Under the pieces are notes generated by a model. That model had not been told where the DNA came from. It saw only the letters and a program-made list of their open reading frames with translations, and did not search any database. Below are positions 1-14,400 of a stretch of 64,000 nt of DNA, piece by piece; position 1 is the stretch's first letter; each line of letters opens with the position of its first letter. Position numbers and translations under genes: made by a program. Source of the stretch: Balanoglossus misakiensis (taxonomy: Eukaryota; Animalia; Hemichordata); NCBI GenBank assembly GCA_040954595.2, contig CM082588.2, forward strand, positions 9,594,844 to 9,658,843, written 5' to 3'.

Positions 1-1372
1 AACACTTAAAATTTACATGTCCATACATTTATGAGACGCATGTGCTGAATGGTACTGTGTCCCGGAAGCTTGAATTGCCTGATTAATAATTAAAACATGC
101 AAATATACCACAGCCTCTTATGGCAATTCAGAAACTATCGCTCTAAAAGGACCATGGTTGCGACAATATTTGCCAAAAAGCTGTATAAACTGTAGCTCAT
201 GATAATTCCTGACTTTAACGCGATCTGGTAGAAAAGTGTTTGCTTGTTTGTTACTTGATTGTGGTGGAGTGTTATTTATTTGCTAGCGACTAAAAAAACA
301 TTCTGAGCTATAAATTAAGTGTGTTGAGTGGTTTCTGTCAAAGTCTATACCCGTAAAGCCAATATAACAAACAGTATTTAATCTTTTAGACTCATAGTAA
401 ATTGCTTCTGATATGTACCTGTACATATCAAGCTGAACAGACAGCATGTCAATAAACTTCAAACTAAACCATCAGAATATCAAAAACAACAATACCTAGG
501 GAATAGTCACAGAAACCTAATTAATGGAAGGTCAAACTTATGACTTTTATAGTGGTCTTGTGTGGACAGGGATGTCATTTACACTTCTTTACTTAGTACA
601 TGAGTGAGTGTGAACACGCTGATATTAATAACAATTCAATCGATGTTGGCTAATAGGAACAATAGTAAACGTTTAAGTTTTAATACAATAAGTATGAATT
701 AACTTGAGCGGTGCTGATAACAATTACACACTGGAGGCTGGTACACATGGAGTCTCACTGACTCCAACATGTAATCAGATACAGGTGAAGGCCATTCTCT
801 ATAAGAGCAATAAAATATCTGACAGTTTTATGACAGCTGGTCAATATTTGCCTTAAAATGTTTGCCAACGTGGTTCTTATATACTCCCTTTCTTATCAGT
901 ACGTGTGTGGTGGGTCATGTGTCAATTGCCCTTGCATAAAATCTCAAGAGATGCCACTTTTGCATTATTTTCATGATTTTATTTTACAACTTAAATTGGT
1001 CTATCTTAATATGTCATAATGTCATACAACAACAGCAAGGGACTCTTTTTGGAACTGTCTTTTCGACAAAATGAGCATTACTGTTTCTACAACACTTTAC
1101 AACTCAAATGATCTTGCCTTCATTGCTAATATTTTAGGAGATAGAATTTACATGGTTGACTACCAGGAGTCTGGTGAACAAGCAACTCTTCAAGAAAATG
1201 TGCTGGACCTTGTACAAATATGCCTTGCGAACTGAATTTAGTACCGTGAAATGCTTCTTGTCGGAAGCCATCTTATATAATTTAGTATAGTAGTACCTCT
1301 GCAATTTAATGTGTTGATGTAACTCTTCTCATTTCGAGGAGGAATAAAGGAACAACAACAACAACAAAAACA

Positions 1373-1805
1373 ACTCCAAACAGCATGCTAATATACCCTT
1401 ACTTCACTTGTCAACATTGCCTGTGGGTGTGTAATGCTATCACAGATTTTACTACTTTTACAAGCAAATATGCAACTTGTCTTCAAAATATGTGTTTATT
1501 GAATATATTTATTTATTTATTTATTTAGAGTCAAATGTTTTTGGTGACATTTGAATATTTAGTGGAAGGTATTTTATACATAAATTGTGGGTTCCAACAT
1601 ATTGTTGGGAGTAGCACAAGAAACTTCAGTGGCCACATAGAATTAATTTTCAACCTTCAGTAAAACCTGTCAAAACCAAACCCTGTCTAATCTTGAAACC
1701 TGTCTATACTGAACACCGTTTCAGTCCCTTCGACATAGAATCACATATTAAAAGAACCTTTACAATTTCTTCAGTGCCTTCAGTGTTCTGTTCAGACAGG
1801 TTTTA
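1373..1805 (+). repeat. Segment repeated in direct orientation at 63117-64000
   Basis: ACTCCAAACAGCATGCTAATATACCC...TTCAGACAGGTTTTA aligns with the window end, apart from a 417-bp insertion and small indels in the second copy. Confidence 0.9.
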
Positions 1806-1808
1806 CTG
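1658..1808. mobile_element. Tc1/pogo-like MITE
   Basis: Terminal inverted repeats CAGTAAAACCTGTC...GACAGGTTTTACTG, followed by TA on the right. Confidence 0.6.
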
Positions 1809-3939
1809 TAGTTAATATCCCAAATGTCATAGCAGCTGCCCCTTTAAAACAAATTCTTTTCAAAAAATGTGTTTCTAATAGATTTGGTCAGGTGGAAAGG
1901 TATGTCACACACTGTTTGCACTGAACACTGAAGTGGTTGCCATTTTATTGACACAAATTGAATGACACGATGCATCACATTAGACTTACGGGTAAACCAT
2001 TTTATTGTTAGGGGAGTGCAGCTTAGTTTCTACTCTGCCTATTCTCTGATTTTTTTTTTCTTTACTATTTGGCAGAGGCAAAATGCCGACTAGTTATGGA
2101 AGTGTTCCTAAGTAACCATGCATCAATTATTTCTATTAATCTAAGCACAACATGTAAAATATAAATCAACCCGTTAGACTCATGTCTCCCCCTACAGTAA
2201 TGGTGACAATTCCTATCATAGTACCCAACTTACTCAAGTAAACACACTTAATGTTAGCAAACAGTCCTATAGATATAGCCTGGACCCCTGTCCCATTCCT
2301 GCTGCTGGTAGTGACAGCAGGGTTAGAAAGTGGGCAGAGAACAAGAGTATCTTACAGGCCTCTTTCATGACCCCTGTGTGACCTTACATCCTGGTGATTT
2401 GTTGGTTTGACATCATTCATCATTCAATGTTAAATACAACAGCTAATCTTTCTAACACAGGCAATGTTTAACAGTTTTGTTCAAGGATGAGAAAAAATGC
2501 ATTGATTTAATAGCGTGGTTGGTAAACTCGTAATTGTATACTCACACCAACAAAATTCCAGGATCAGGAGGTCAAAAGGGGTCATAAAAGTGGCATGATA
2601 TAGCTTAGTAGCCAGTGGTGTAATATTTATATGAACTGTGCAACTTCATGCATATTTCAATGTTATAAGTATTGACTGACATATAAAATTTCTTTGCGAT
2701 GTCGAAATTCAATGAGAAGAAACAAAAGCCAAAAGTTACCACATTTTATACTGACAATGATTTGTTTTGTACAGTTTACCCTATGGATCCAGCTATCATA
2801 AGAATAGGTCCAATAATTGTAGCTTTGGTGGGCTGGTTGATCGCTGACGGGCTTGATCAACCAGCCCATCTAGGCTACAATTTTTGCAGCTATCATAGGA
2901 AGGGCACATTCGGAATACCCCCCACTGGGCAAAAAGGTTGATATACATTCAGTATTTTCACGTATATGGACACGTAGATTAGGAATATGCGCAAGTATAC
3001 AATAGTCTGCACAGTTGTACATCTACAATCTGCACCACGTATATGTGACGTATATTCACGTATATGGAACATACCAATGTGTTAGTATACGTGCACGTAT
3101 ATCTATGAAGATCACGGGTGTGCACAACGCAGACCAATGCAGATCAAGTGCACACTATAAACATTCCAACGTATTTGTACACATTCTCAGTGCATATCTT
3201 CCTTGCTATTTGCATGACTGTGTTATTAGCATACGTTACATCATCATCACAGACATTTACATTTGCATAGTTGAGTTCACATTCCTGGTATTTTTACGTA
3301 TATTTAACGCAGACCCTTCCAGAAATTACCATACATTATGTCATCATTGTTGGCAAATATTTGCAAAATAATTTTGGGGTCATATTTAAATTACCCCAAA
3401 GGTCACAATTCTGGGGTCATCCTTCATTGTCAGGATTTGACCTTTCCTTCTTATTCACCTTTGCTGTAAATTTGTTACTATTAATCTGCTTTGAGATGCA
3501 ACTGCATTTCAAAGCAGATCAATAGCAACAAATCGGTAAATGCATATTTCAAGCCGATAAACTTCCTCCCATCGTGCATCAACAAAAAACTGCTCACATA
3601 ATAAAATTCACTTAAAAGGTAATTTTATTTAAAACATATAAAAAGACATTACATGGACAAAGAACAAAGTGTTTTGTTTTTAAATGCAAACCTAAAATCT
3701 GAAAAATAATCCTCAAAGTCTAGCTTCATTCAGTAACTCCAAAATACCATGAAAAATTTGCTTCATCTGACATCAGATCGCCTGCTTTCACCATGTTATC
3801 CTATTAAAGGGGAAATCAGGCGTAGCTGATTTCTACATAATTTGGTAGCTTTGATGTCACTCTTTCAGAAAAAAACATATTCGCCATGTATAGGTCGCGC
3901 GATTTTTTACAAAATCTAGGGAAAGTTGGCAGAATTTCC

Positions 3940-4294
3940 AATATGGCGTTTACTGTAATTTGAATCATGGGAAAAAAAGCGCCAGGACCAACTTCCGCCC
4001 ACCTTGGTGTGGGTGATACCATTTTCCGATTGGTATCACTGCATCACAAGCTAAGCGTATTTGCATATTTTTCATGGGTTATAGCTCATGAAAACTGTCA
4101 ATAGATGACAAATTTTCGACTTTGCTGATGATTGTTTATCAACTGATGCAAAGAACAAACAATAGCTATGAAAATACGCCTAGTCTGTCGCCCAGTGACA
4201 CCAATCGGAGAATGGTATCACCCACACCATGGTGGGCGGAAGTTGGTCCTGGCGCTTTTTTTCCCATGATTCAAATTACAGTAAACGCCATATT
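3940..4294. mobile_element. Foldback MITE with ~100-bp inverted arms
   Basis: 3940-4040 is the near-perfect reverse complement of ~4193-4294. This explains the mirrored MVSPTP...EVGPGAFFPMIQITVNAI ORFs on the two strands. Confidence 0.8.
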
Positions 4295-4327
4295 TAATTT
4301 AAGGAGAAACCAAAAATGTACAATTAA

Positions 4328-5121
4328 GATGGGTCCTGGGATCTTTTTGCTCGTTGCTATGGGCCTTTATAGGACACTACACTCAATTTTGATCGAAACC
4401 GTTATGAACGTCCGACAAGGGGCTTGTAACTAGTTAAAAATACGCACGATTGTGTGCACACCCCCTGTCTGAGTATGTTTACGGCAGCTATCGCCCGGCC
4501 ATAGGCCGCCACGCTAATACGGCAAAGCAGCGGTCAGCGATAGCGTGCGCGTCCTGTAACCACAGTAACTGGATCGAACGCTAAAAATCCAATGTTTTGT
4601 ACACAGAGATTTTGTACCGTTCACAAAAATCCCTAAGGCTTTTTTCACAGGCGACGTAGGCCAGCCAAATTTGACCTGCTTGTTGAGAACGCACTTCCGC
4701 ATAGTGTGACGGATCGTTTTTTCGGTTTTCGTCGTGTTAAGAAGCGATACCAGTGGAAGAGTGCGTCCAAAAACACCCAAAATCGATGACTTTTTCAGGT
4801 GTGGTACGGGTATGCTGAAATCGTAGGATACAACGATAATATTCGAAAACAAAATCCGTCACGATCTTCCCTGGTTCAAGCAACTAATGAATACGTATCA
4901 AGTTCGTTTTTGAGGTCACGGAATAAAAAGCCTTAGGCTTTTGAAATTTGACCTAGCTAATTTGCATATCAATGGCGTCAGGGGGCGCGCGCTCACAATC
5001 GTGCAGATTTTCAACTAGTTACCAGCCCCTTGTTAGACTCTGAAAACGGCTTAGTCCAAATCGGGGTGTAATGTCCTATAAAGGCCTATAGCAACGGGCA
5101 AAAAGATCCCAGGGACCCATC
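4328..5121. mobile_element. Non-autonomous DNA transposon with TTAA TSD (Kolobok- or Sola3-like)
   Basis: TTAA|GATGGGTCC...GGACCCATC|TTAA with ~140-bp imperfect TIRs. Confidence 0.8.
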
Positions 5122-7722
5122 TTAAGAGAAATAACAACACGTTCAATTTTACTGATCATACATCTTTAACACAATTTCTCAAAGAATGTTTGGTAACTGG
5201 CTTTCAGCATCTTTGCTATTGTCAACGTTTTGCCATCTCTAAACATCATGAAGAAAATAGCTTAGAACGAGTACCCTCGTAAACCACTCAACATTTTGTG
5301 TGTTTGTTTGTGTGATACCATGAGGCGATCGATGATATGGTCAGGGCATTATGGCCAAAGGGGACCATACCTGTCCTTTCTAATAAGGGCTACACAAAGA
5401 GAACATTGTTTCTTGTTATCTAAATTTGACTGCATGGGCGAATTACATTTTCAAGCTGTTACGTACCGATCCCAACATGAAAATTTAGCATTCAAGGCTT
5501 TTGAATGAAATTAAGATGAAGAGAATTTAACTGTCCCTGCATACACCTATGCAACTATGAAGGACACTATGATTTCTGTGTTTATAATGATTCATCTTGG
5601 CGTGTATGTGATCATGCACTATCCTAGTCTAGTATCTAGCCGTCAACTTTGCTTCCAAAAATAACATCTAGATCAAGCATGCCACTGGCCCAATAAAACC
5701 TGATAGCCAAGTGATCATAGGTTAGCATGACATTAAACTGAGTGCGGCTGAAACACTGTTCGCTTACAATCGACAATTGTGTCACCTTGAATGAACTCGC
5801 ACAGGTCAGAAAGGTCATTGTCTGTTGATATGGTAATTGGTATCTATGTGGAGTGAGCCACTGAAGAGATGCTAATCAGACTCGAGAATGATTGACTATA
5901 CAGTAATACAGACATAGATTGAAAACTTTGGATTGTGATAATAAAATATGACGAGCAATTTATTACTAGTAAAAACTTTGTACGTCCAGCACAAACAACA
6001 AACAGTTTCCATGATGTCATTGTTAAAAGTTGTGTGCCCCACTCACAGTCACTCGATCCAACACAGACACCCCACTCACAACTGACGGATAGACTGACTG
6101 ACTGATTCACCTTTCCACAGATGTTTGGACAGTCATTTGATGTCTTGTAGAACAAGTCAGATTCATGGACTAATATTTTAGGCGTACAAAACGCGCATAG
6201 CACAGAGCTGGTTTGAGCTGACTTGCAATTGGAGCTAACATGCAAATGTGAGCACACATATATTGCCGTGTCTACAAGTTGCTGTCTGCAGTGTTGAATT
6301 TCATCGACAATTTGTCAAGTTTTCACAACTTTAATTTTGCTGCGACACGTTCTGTCCGGGTGGTAATTTGTAAATTTTGTCGTTCAAATGTTTCAGTCCA
6401 CTTGAACCAAGAAAAATCTCAGCAGACGGATATTTATTCTGAAACACCTGTTGATAGATTATGGGTGGTCATGATGAGACGGACAGCGTAAATTCAGTTC
6501 AAAAGTAACTTACCTGTGGGTCTTTATCTTCCTGGGAAGCCATTGCATTGTTATGTCATTAACATTGCCTTGAAATTCATTCACAAATTACACCATAGCA
6601 CGATGTTGCAGTCTTGAGTTCAACTGGCAAGTTAGTTTTGTTGGGATTGCGTCGTCTAGCTAATCATTTGATTTTGAAGACTGTATCTGTATAAAAGTCA
6701 ATAAGTAAATACAAGCTGCACTACAAAGAAAAATAAGCATCTATTTGTCAGAATCATGATGGCACACAGAGTATTTATGAAACTGTTATCAGTTTTGCAG
6801 ATTCGATTGTACACAGCCATAAATGGCAAAACAATCCCTGCACAAAATGTAAATATAATGGGTCAAACAAAATATATAGCGGAAGCTGCAATTAATATTA
6901 CACAATTCTCATTCCACGTTCTCATGTTGGTTTTTGGCGACATTCATGTGATGGTAATGACTACTTGGTTTACTATTGCAATGTGAAGTTATTAAATTAA
7001 TTTGCTTTTTCATAAATAGTGGAACACATAACTGAAGTTTTGTGGGCCAAACTTGACTTCATATCTGCACTCTTCATTCTGTCAACATTTAATTAATCCA
7101 CATTAATTGTAGAGATATCGAGTCAGTCAGAGCAATTAGCACCCTTCCCAGGTACTCAAGGTTTAGACTGTCAGCAGTCATCACTCCCCAGGCACGATCA
7201 CAACTCCCAGCATTTTTGTAGCAATGATATAAAATTATTCATGTCATTGTTGTTAGTGAAACAAATTGTTTTTCGACCACATTCTTGAACACCAATTATT
7301 GTGTCTGTAATTAAGCTATTGTGTTATTTCTCACATACTTAAAACATAAATTGCTAGAGAAAAACTACAGAAGGAAAGTGTATACAGAATGACAAAAGGA
7401 AAATATATGAATGTCGAAAGATTGTGAATTTCTACCCTCCCCTGGTGGTGATACACTCAGGGTCAATAGCTATCCATGCATGTTCCCAAAACTATCACAG
7501 AGAAGGGGACGCTTTTCGGTATCATCACTGTCTTTGAAAATGATAAAAAATGGTACATCTTACAACATGACAATGTTCAAATGAGATTTGAAATACGGAT
7601 GGGTGTCTAAACCATAGTTCTTTATATTAGAAACATTGTTATTGCTTTATATTTGTATTATGGCATTAACTGTCCCAGTTTTTGTAAATTAGGAGCTAAG
7701 GGGGCTTTTGTCTCATTTTCTT

Positions 7723-7724
<2 letters not shown>

Positions 7725-7776
<52 letters not shown>
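7725..7776. repeat. (AT)n microsatellite
   Basis: Read directly from the sequence. Confidence 0.95.
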
Positions 7777-7797
7777 TCAGACAGTGTTTTATTCAGG

Positions 7798-7887
7798 ATG
7801 GTATCAGCAGGGGGTATATGTCCCCCTTCGCCAGAATATTTGAGGGTGATTCCACTCTGGCAAGGGGGAATGTTATATCTTCAACAT
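7798..7887 (+). CDS. Candidate first coding exon of the ROCO gene (MVSAGG...YLQH)
   Basis: ATG at 7798, 30 codons, then a phase-0 GTGAGT donor compatible with the exon at 8312. No protein motif supports it. Confidence 0.35.
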
Positions 7888-8311
7888 GTGAGTAACATCA
7901 TTTTAAAGAGCACTCAGGTGCCCCTTTGACAATTAAATTTCCAGGGGGTACCAACACATCAATAGGAGGTGAATCCAAATTGTCTTTTTGTTGTTGAAAA
8001 TTCCTGGAAATGTTATGGACAGGCAATGTCTATTTTCCCTGAGAGTGCCAGCACCGGTTTTGTATTTCTGTTTTCCTGTTGCCCTTTGGAGATCTTGCTG
8101 CTTTGTCTTGGAGAAGAGTGATTGTGTTGTCTTTGTTTTCTCACAACATGATGTCATCATTTTGTATTCAAATTGGCGTACATGATCATGTTTTGACTTC
8201 ATAATTTTTCATTAATGAAGATTTCAATGTTTTCCTTTTATATTACTGCTGTTTATGATTGCATTTTGAGAATATTTTGATGAAAGAAATGTTGATTGTT
8301 GAATGTTACAG

Positions 8312-8410
8312 AATCTAATCAATGCCGCAGTGAAGGGTGATGTTGCAAAGATTCAGTCGCTGATAGCTGATGGATATGATGTCAATGCAAGGGGTAAATA
8401 CCCAGGACAG
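8312..8410 (+). CDS. ROCO exon: N-terminal ankyrin repeat (NLINAAVKGDVAKIQSLIADGYDVNARGKYPGQ)
   Basis: ttacag acceptor and gtaagt donor, 99 nt, phase 0-0, matches the ankyrin consensus. Confidence 0.8.
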
Positions 8411-11400
8411 GTAAGTGTTCGTATTGACCAATGTTTTATACAGAGTCATCGCTCAGGGCTAGCGTTTGATATTTAATTTTTCACATGCGGTGCATGCAGG
8501 AACTTAAAAAAATTGTGTGAAACTGTATTTCAATTACGTGCAACAAAATAACGATAAACAGCCTGGGTTTTTGGTAAGTAACAACTTTTAATAGAAATAT
8601 CTTTTTAAAATAACGAATTTTGTTGAAATAAAATGGATTCTTGGTGCAAACAAGATATTCCTAATGTCAATTCTTCCACAAAGATAAACTTACAGACACG
8701 GAGAGGTCTGCTGCAAGCAGTATTTTTAGGGGTCAACTATGGTGTTTCAAATTCTCTGTGGCAAGAACTAATTCTCAACTGGGGTGTTTTTCAAGGTCCA
8801 TCGCACTATTCTGTTTGCAAATACATCATTGCAGTTTGCCACGCCGCTTTCTATAGCACCCCTGATGCTGTTACTGTAGTAGCACTAGCTGAACCCCTGA
8901 AATGTTCCAGGACCACTTCAACTGTTCACATGTAATATTTTATGCCAGCATTTGAGCAGAGACGTTTCAGAAACATTTCAATGGTTATGAGTGACTGGCT
9001 TTTCACACAACAGTAACACTGAATCAACTAGATATCTATGAACTTCCAAAATACCACACACTCCCAAAATGATATCACAACACCACATTTAGATTGTGCA
9101 AAAACAGACCTACACTAGCCCACAAATATACTAACCATGATACCCTTGGGATCCAGCCATAGGAAGGACAGTGGGACACATTGCACTCTAAATTTAACAA
9201 TCTTTACAATTTAGCCAAAGATGTTGAACCATAGTGTATTTGACACATTTGTTCCGAATGAATAAATATGTTCCAGAAAGTAAATTTTGATGCATTTTTT
9301 TGTGTTTCACCAAAGTTAACAAATTTTTATTTTTTTTCAAGCCATCTCTGAAATTTTGCTGGCAATCTTTTTTTAAATCTTCCAGATCCCCTCCATCCTT
9401 AGTTAAGCTATGGAGTCTGAAACATCCAATGTTAAAAACTATATGACCAGTCAAAGCGTTTTCCTCGCTGTTAGAATCAATTGAGATTCTTCACCGTCAT
9501 TCTTTGATCTGTATTCATTTTAACAGTCGGCAATTTTCATTTTGTGTGTAGAAGGACTGTGCATTATCCTTTCAAATCAGTCAGTATGCCATTCTTGCTT
9601 GTTTTTTGCAATATGGCTGATACTTTTGATATTTGTTTATTTATTTGTAGGTTTGTTTGTTTGTTTGTTTAAAGAAACCTCATATTACATTTCAATTTTT
9701 GTGACATTGTTCCCATGCTTCTCCTTCATTACTTACAGGATGGAGTCACCCCTTTGAATGATGCAGCAGGGTTTGGTGGTGAAGGCTGTGTCAGATTGTT
9801 ATTGGAACACAAAGCTGATGTTACCATACAAACCCAGGTAAATACCAACTTGACTTCTGCAGGTTAATCTATCAGTATGGAATGATTTATTCATTCATTT
9901 TTTGTTTGTTTGTTTGTATGTTTTTTGTTTAAGGAAAATTACACATTACGTTTAATTTTTGTGACATTGTTCTCATGCTCCTCCTTCATTACTTACAGTG
10001 GGGAGACACCCCTTTGCACTCTGCAGCAAGGAGGGATGTTGGTGAAGGCCTTGTCAGATTGTTATCGGAACACAAAGCTGATGCTAACATACAAAACAAG
10101 GTAAATACCAACCTGACTTCAGCAGGTTTATTCTATCACTGCGGATATATTTATTCATTTATTTGTTTGTTTGTTTGTTTGTTTAAGGAAATTTCACATT
10201 AGATTTCAATTTTTGTGACATTATTCTCATGCTCCTCCTTCATTACTTACAGGATGGAGACACTCCTTCGCATGATGCAGCAAGGAGGGATGGTGGTGAA
10301 GGCCTTGTCAGATTGTTATCGGAACACAAAGCTGATGCTAACATACAAAACAAGGTAAATACCAACCTGACTTCAGCAGGTTTATTCTATCAATGCGGAT
10401 ATATTTATTCATTTATTTGTTTGTTTGTTTGTTTGTTTAAGGAAATTTCACATTAGATTTCAATTTTTGTGACATTATTCTCATGCTCCTCCTTCATTAC
10501 TTACAGGATGGAGACACTCCTTTGCATTATGCAGCAAGGAGGGTTGGCAAAGGCCTTGTCAGATTGTTATTGGAACACAAAGCTGATGCTAACATACAAA
10601 ACAAGGTAAATACCAACCTGACTGCTGCAGGTTTATTCTATCAGTGCGGATATATTTATTCATTTATTTGTTTGTTTGTTCGTTTACGGAAATTTCACAT
10701 TATATTTCAATTTTTGTGACATTATTCTCATGCTCCTCCTTCATTACTTGCAGGATGGAGACACTCCTTTGCATTATGCAGCAAGGAGGGTTGGCAAAGG
10801 CCTTGTCAGATTGTTATTGGAACACAAAGCTGATGCTAACATACAAAACAAGGTAAATACCAACCTGACTTCAGCAGGTTTATTCTATCAATGCGGATAT
10901 ATTTATTCATTTATTTGTTTGTTTGTTTGTTTGTTTAAGGAAATTTCACATTAGATTTCAACTTTTGTGACATTATTCTCATGCTCCTCCTTCATTACTT
11001 ACAGGATGGAGACACTCCTTCGCATGATGCAGCAAGGAGGGATGGTGGTGATGGCCTTGTCAGATTGTTATTGGAACACAAAGCTGATGCTAACATACAA
11101 AACAAGGTAAATACCAACCTGACTTCAGCAGGTTTATTCTATCAATGCGGATATATTTTTTCATTTATTTGTTTGTTTGTTTGTTTAAGGAAATTTCACA
11201 TTAGATTTCAATTTTTGTGACATTATTCTCATGCTCCTCCTTCATTACTTACAGGATGGAGACACTCCTTCGCATGATGCAGCAAGGAGGGATGGTGGTG
11301 AAGGCCTTGTCAGATTGTTATTGGAACACAAAGCTGATGCTAACATACAAAACAAGGTAAATACCAACCTGACTTCTGCAGGTTAATTCTGAAAGTATTG

Positions 11401-14400
11401 AAATATTTTTTTGTTTTTTTTTTTGTTTAAGGAAATTTCACATTATATTCAATTTTTGTGACATTATTCTCATGCTCCTCGTTTATTACTTACAGGATGG
11501 AGACACTCCTTTGCATTATGCAGCAAGGAGGGTTGGTGGTGAAGGCCTTGTCAGATTGTTATTGGAACACAAAGCTGATGTGACAATACAAAACAAGGTA
11601 AATACCAACCTGACTTCTGCAGGTTTATTCTATCAATGCGGATATATTTATTCATTTATTTGTTTGTTTGTTTGTTTATGGAAATTTCACATAATATTTC
11701 AATTTTTGTGACATTATTCTCATGCTCCTCCTTCATTACTTACAGGATGGAGACACTCCTTTGCATTATGCAGCAAGGAGGGTTGGTGGTGAAGGCCTTG
11801 TCAGATTGTTATTGGAACACAAAGCTGATGCTAACATACAAAACAAGGTAAATACCAACCTGACTTCAGCAGGTTTATTCTATCAATGCGGATATATTTA
11901 TTCATTTATTTGTTTGTTTGTTTGTTTAAGGAAATTTCACATTAGATTTCAATTTTTGTGACATTATTCTCATGCTCCTCCTTCATTACTTACAGGATGG
12001 AGACACTCCTTCGCATGATGCAGCAAGGAGGGATGGTGGTGAAGGCCTTGTCAGATTGTTATCGGAACACAAAGCTGATGCTAACATACAAAACAAGGTA
12101 AATACCAACCTGACTTCAGCAGGTTTATTCTATCAATGCGGATATATTTATTCATTTATTTGTTTGTTTGTTTGTTTGTTTAAGGAAATTTCACATTAGA
12201 TTTCAATTTTTGTGACATTATTCTCATGCTCCTCCTTCATTACTTACAGGATGGAGACACTCCTTTGCATTATGCAGCAAGGAGGGTTGGCAAAGGCCTT
12301 GTCAGATTGTTATTGGAACACAAAGCTGATGCTAACATACAAAACAAGGTAAATACCAACCTGACTGCTGCAGGTTTATTCTATCAGTGCGGATATATTT
12401 ATTCATTTATTTGTTTGTTTGTTCGTTTACGGAAATTTCACATTATATTTCAATTTTTGTGACATTATTCTCATGCTCCTCCTTCATTACTTACAGGATG
12501 GAGACACTCCTTTGCATTATGCAGCAAGGAGGGTTGGCAAAGGCCTTGTCAGATTGTTATTGGAACACAAAGCTGATGCTAACATACAAAACAAGGTAAA
12601 TACCAACCTGACTTCAGCAGGTTTATTCTATCAATGCGGATATATTTATTCATTTATTTGTTTGTTTGTTTGTTTAAGGAAATTTCACATTAGATTTCAA
12701 CTTTTGTGACATTATTCTCATGCTCCTCCTTCATTACTTACAGGATGGAGACACTCCTTCGCATGATGCAGCAAGGAGGGATGGTGGTGATGGCCTTGTC
12801 AGATTGTTATTGGAACACACAGCTGATGCTAACATACAAAACAAGGTAAATACCAACCTGACTTCAGCAGGTTTATTCTATCAATGCGGATATATTTATT
12901 CATTTATTTGTTTGTTTGTTTGTTTAAGGAAATTTCACATTAGATTTCAATTTTTTTGACATTATTCTCATGCTCCTCCTTCATTACTTACAGGATGGAG
13001 ACACTCCTTCGCATGATGCAGCAAGGAGGGATGGTGGTGAAGGCCTTGTCAGATTGTTATTGGAACACAAAGCTGATGCTAACATACAAAACAAGGTAAA
13101 TACCAACCTGACTTCTGCAGGTTAATTCTGAAAGTATTGAAATATTTTTTTGTTTTTTTTTTGTTTAAGGAAATTTCACATTATATTCAATTTTTGTGAC
13201 ATTATTCTCATGCTCCTCGTTTATTACTTACAGGATGGAGACACTCCTTTGCATTATGCAGCAAGGAGGGTTGGTGGTGAAGGCCTTGTCAGATTGTTAT
13301 TGGAACACAAAGCTGATGTGACAATACAAAACAAGGTAAATACCAACCTGACTTCTGCAGGTTTATTCTATCAATGCGGATATATTTATTCATTTATTTG
13401 TTTGTTTGTTTGTTGATGGAAATTTCACATAATATTTCAATTTTTGTGACATTATTCTCATGCTCCTCCTTCATTACTTACAGGATGGAGACACTCCTTT
13501 GCATTATGCAGCAAGGAGGGTTGGTGGTGAAGGCCTTGTCAGATTGTTATTGGAACACAAAGCTGATGCTAACATACAAAACAAGGTAAATACCAACCTG
13601 ACTTCAGCAGGTTTATTCTATCAATGCGGATATATTTATTCATTAATTTGTTTGTTTGTTTGTTTAAGGAAATTTCACATTAGATTTCAATTTTTGTGAC
13701 ATTATTCTCATGCTCCTCCTTCATTACTTACAGGATGGAGACACTCCTTCGCATGATGCAGCAAGGAGGGATGGTGGTGAAGGCCTTGTCAGATTGTTAT
13801 CGGAACACAAAGCTGATGCTAACATACAAAACAAGGTAAATACCAACCTGACTTCAGCAGGTTTATTCTATCAATGCGGATATATTTATTCATTTATTTG
13901 TTTGTTTGTTTGTTTGTTTAAGGAAATTTCACATTATATTTCAATTTTTGTGACATTATTCTCATGCTCCTCCTTCATTACTTACAGGATGGAGACACTC
14001 CTTTGCATTATGCAGCAAGGAGGGTTGGCAAAGGCCTTGTCAGATTGTTATTGGAACACAAAGCTGATGCTAACATACAAAACAAGGTAAATACCAACCT
14101 GACTTCAGCAGGTTTATTCTATCAATGCGGATATATTTATTCATTTATTTGTTTGTTTGTTTGTTTGTTTAAGGAAATTTCACATTAGATTTCAATTTTT
14201 GTGACATTATTCTCATGCTCCTCCTTCATTACTTACAGGATGGAGACACTCCTTTGCATTATGCAGCAAGGAGGGTTGGCAAAGGCCTTGTCAGATTGTT
14301 ATTGGAACACAAAGCTGATGCTAACATACAAAACAAGGTAAATACCAACCTGACTTCAGCAGGTTTATTCTATCAATGCGGATATATTTATTCATTTATT

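Noticed and set aside
2827-2870. Short hairpin (TGGGCTGGTTGATC...GATCAACCAGCCCA) as a terminator or ncRNA
   Set aside because: No supporting context; most likely a repeat-element fragment.
5130-7000. Possible decayed minus-strand coding region (e.g. VLCAFCTPKILVHESDLFYK) with a donor-like site near 6513
   Set aside because: Many stops and no motif I can assign; it would need a BLASTX search.
10100-10252. RSS-like signals in the array introns linking the array to the nearby RAG1-like transposase
   Set aside because: No CACAGTG heptamer with a correctly spaced nonamer was found, and the transposase is inactivated. Proximity alone is not evidence.
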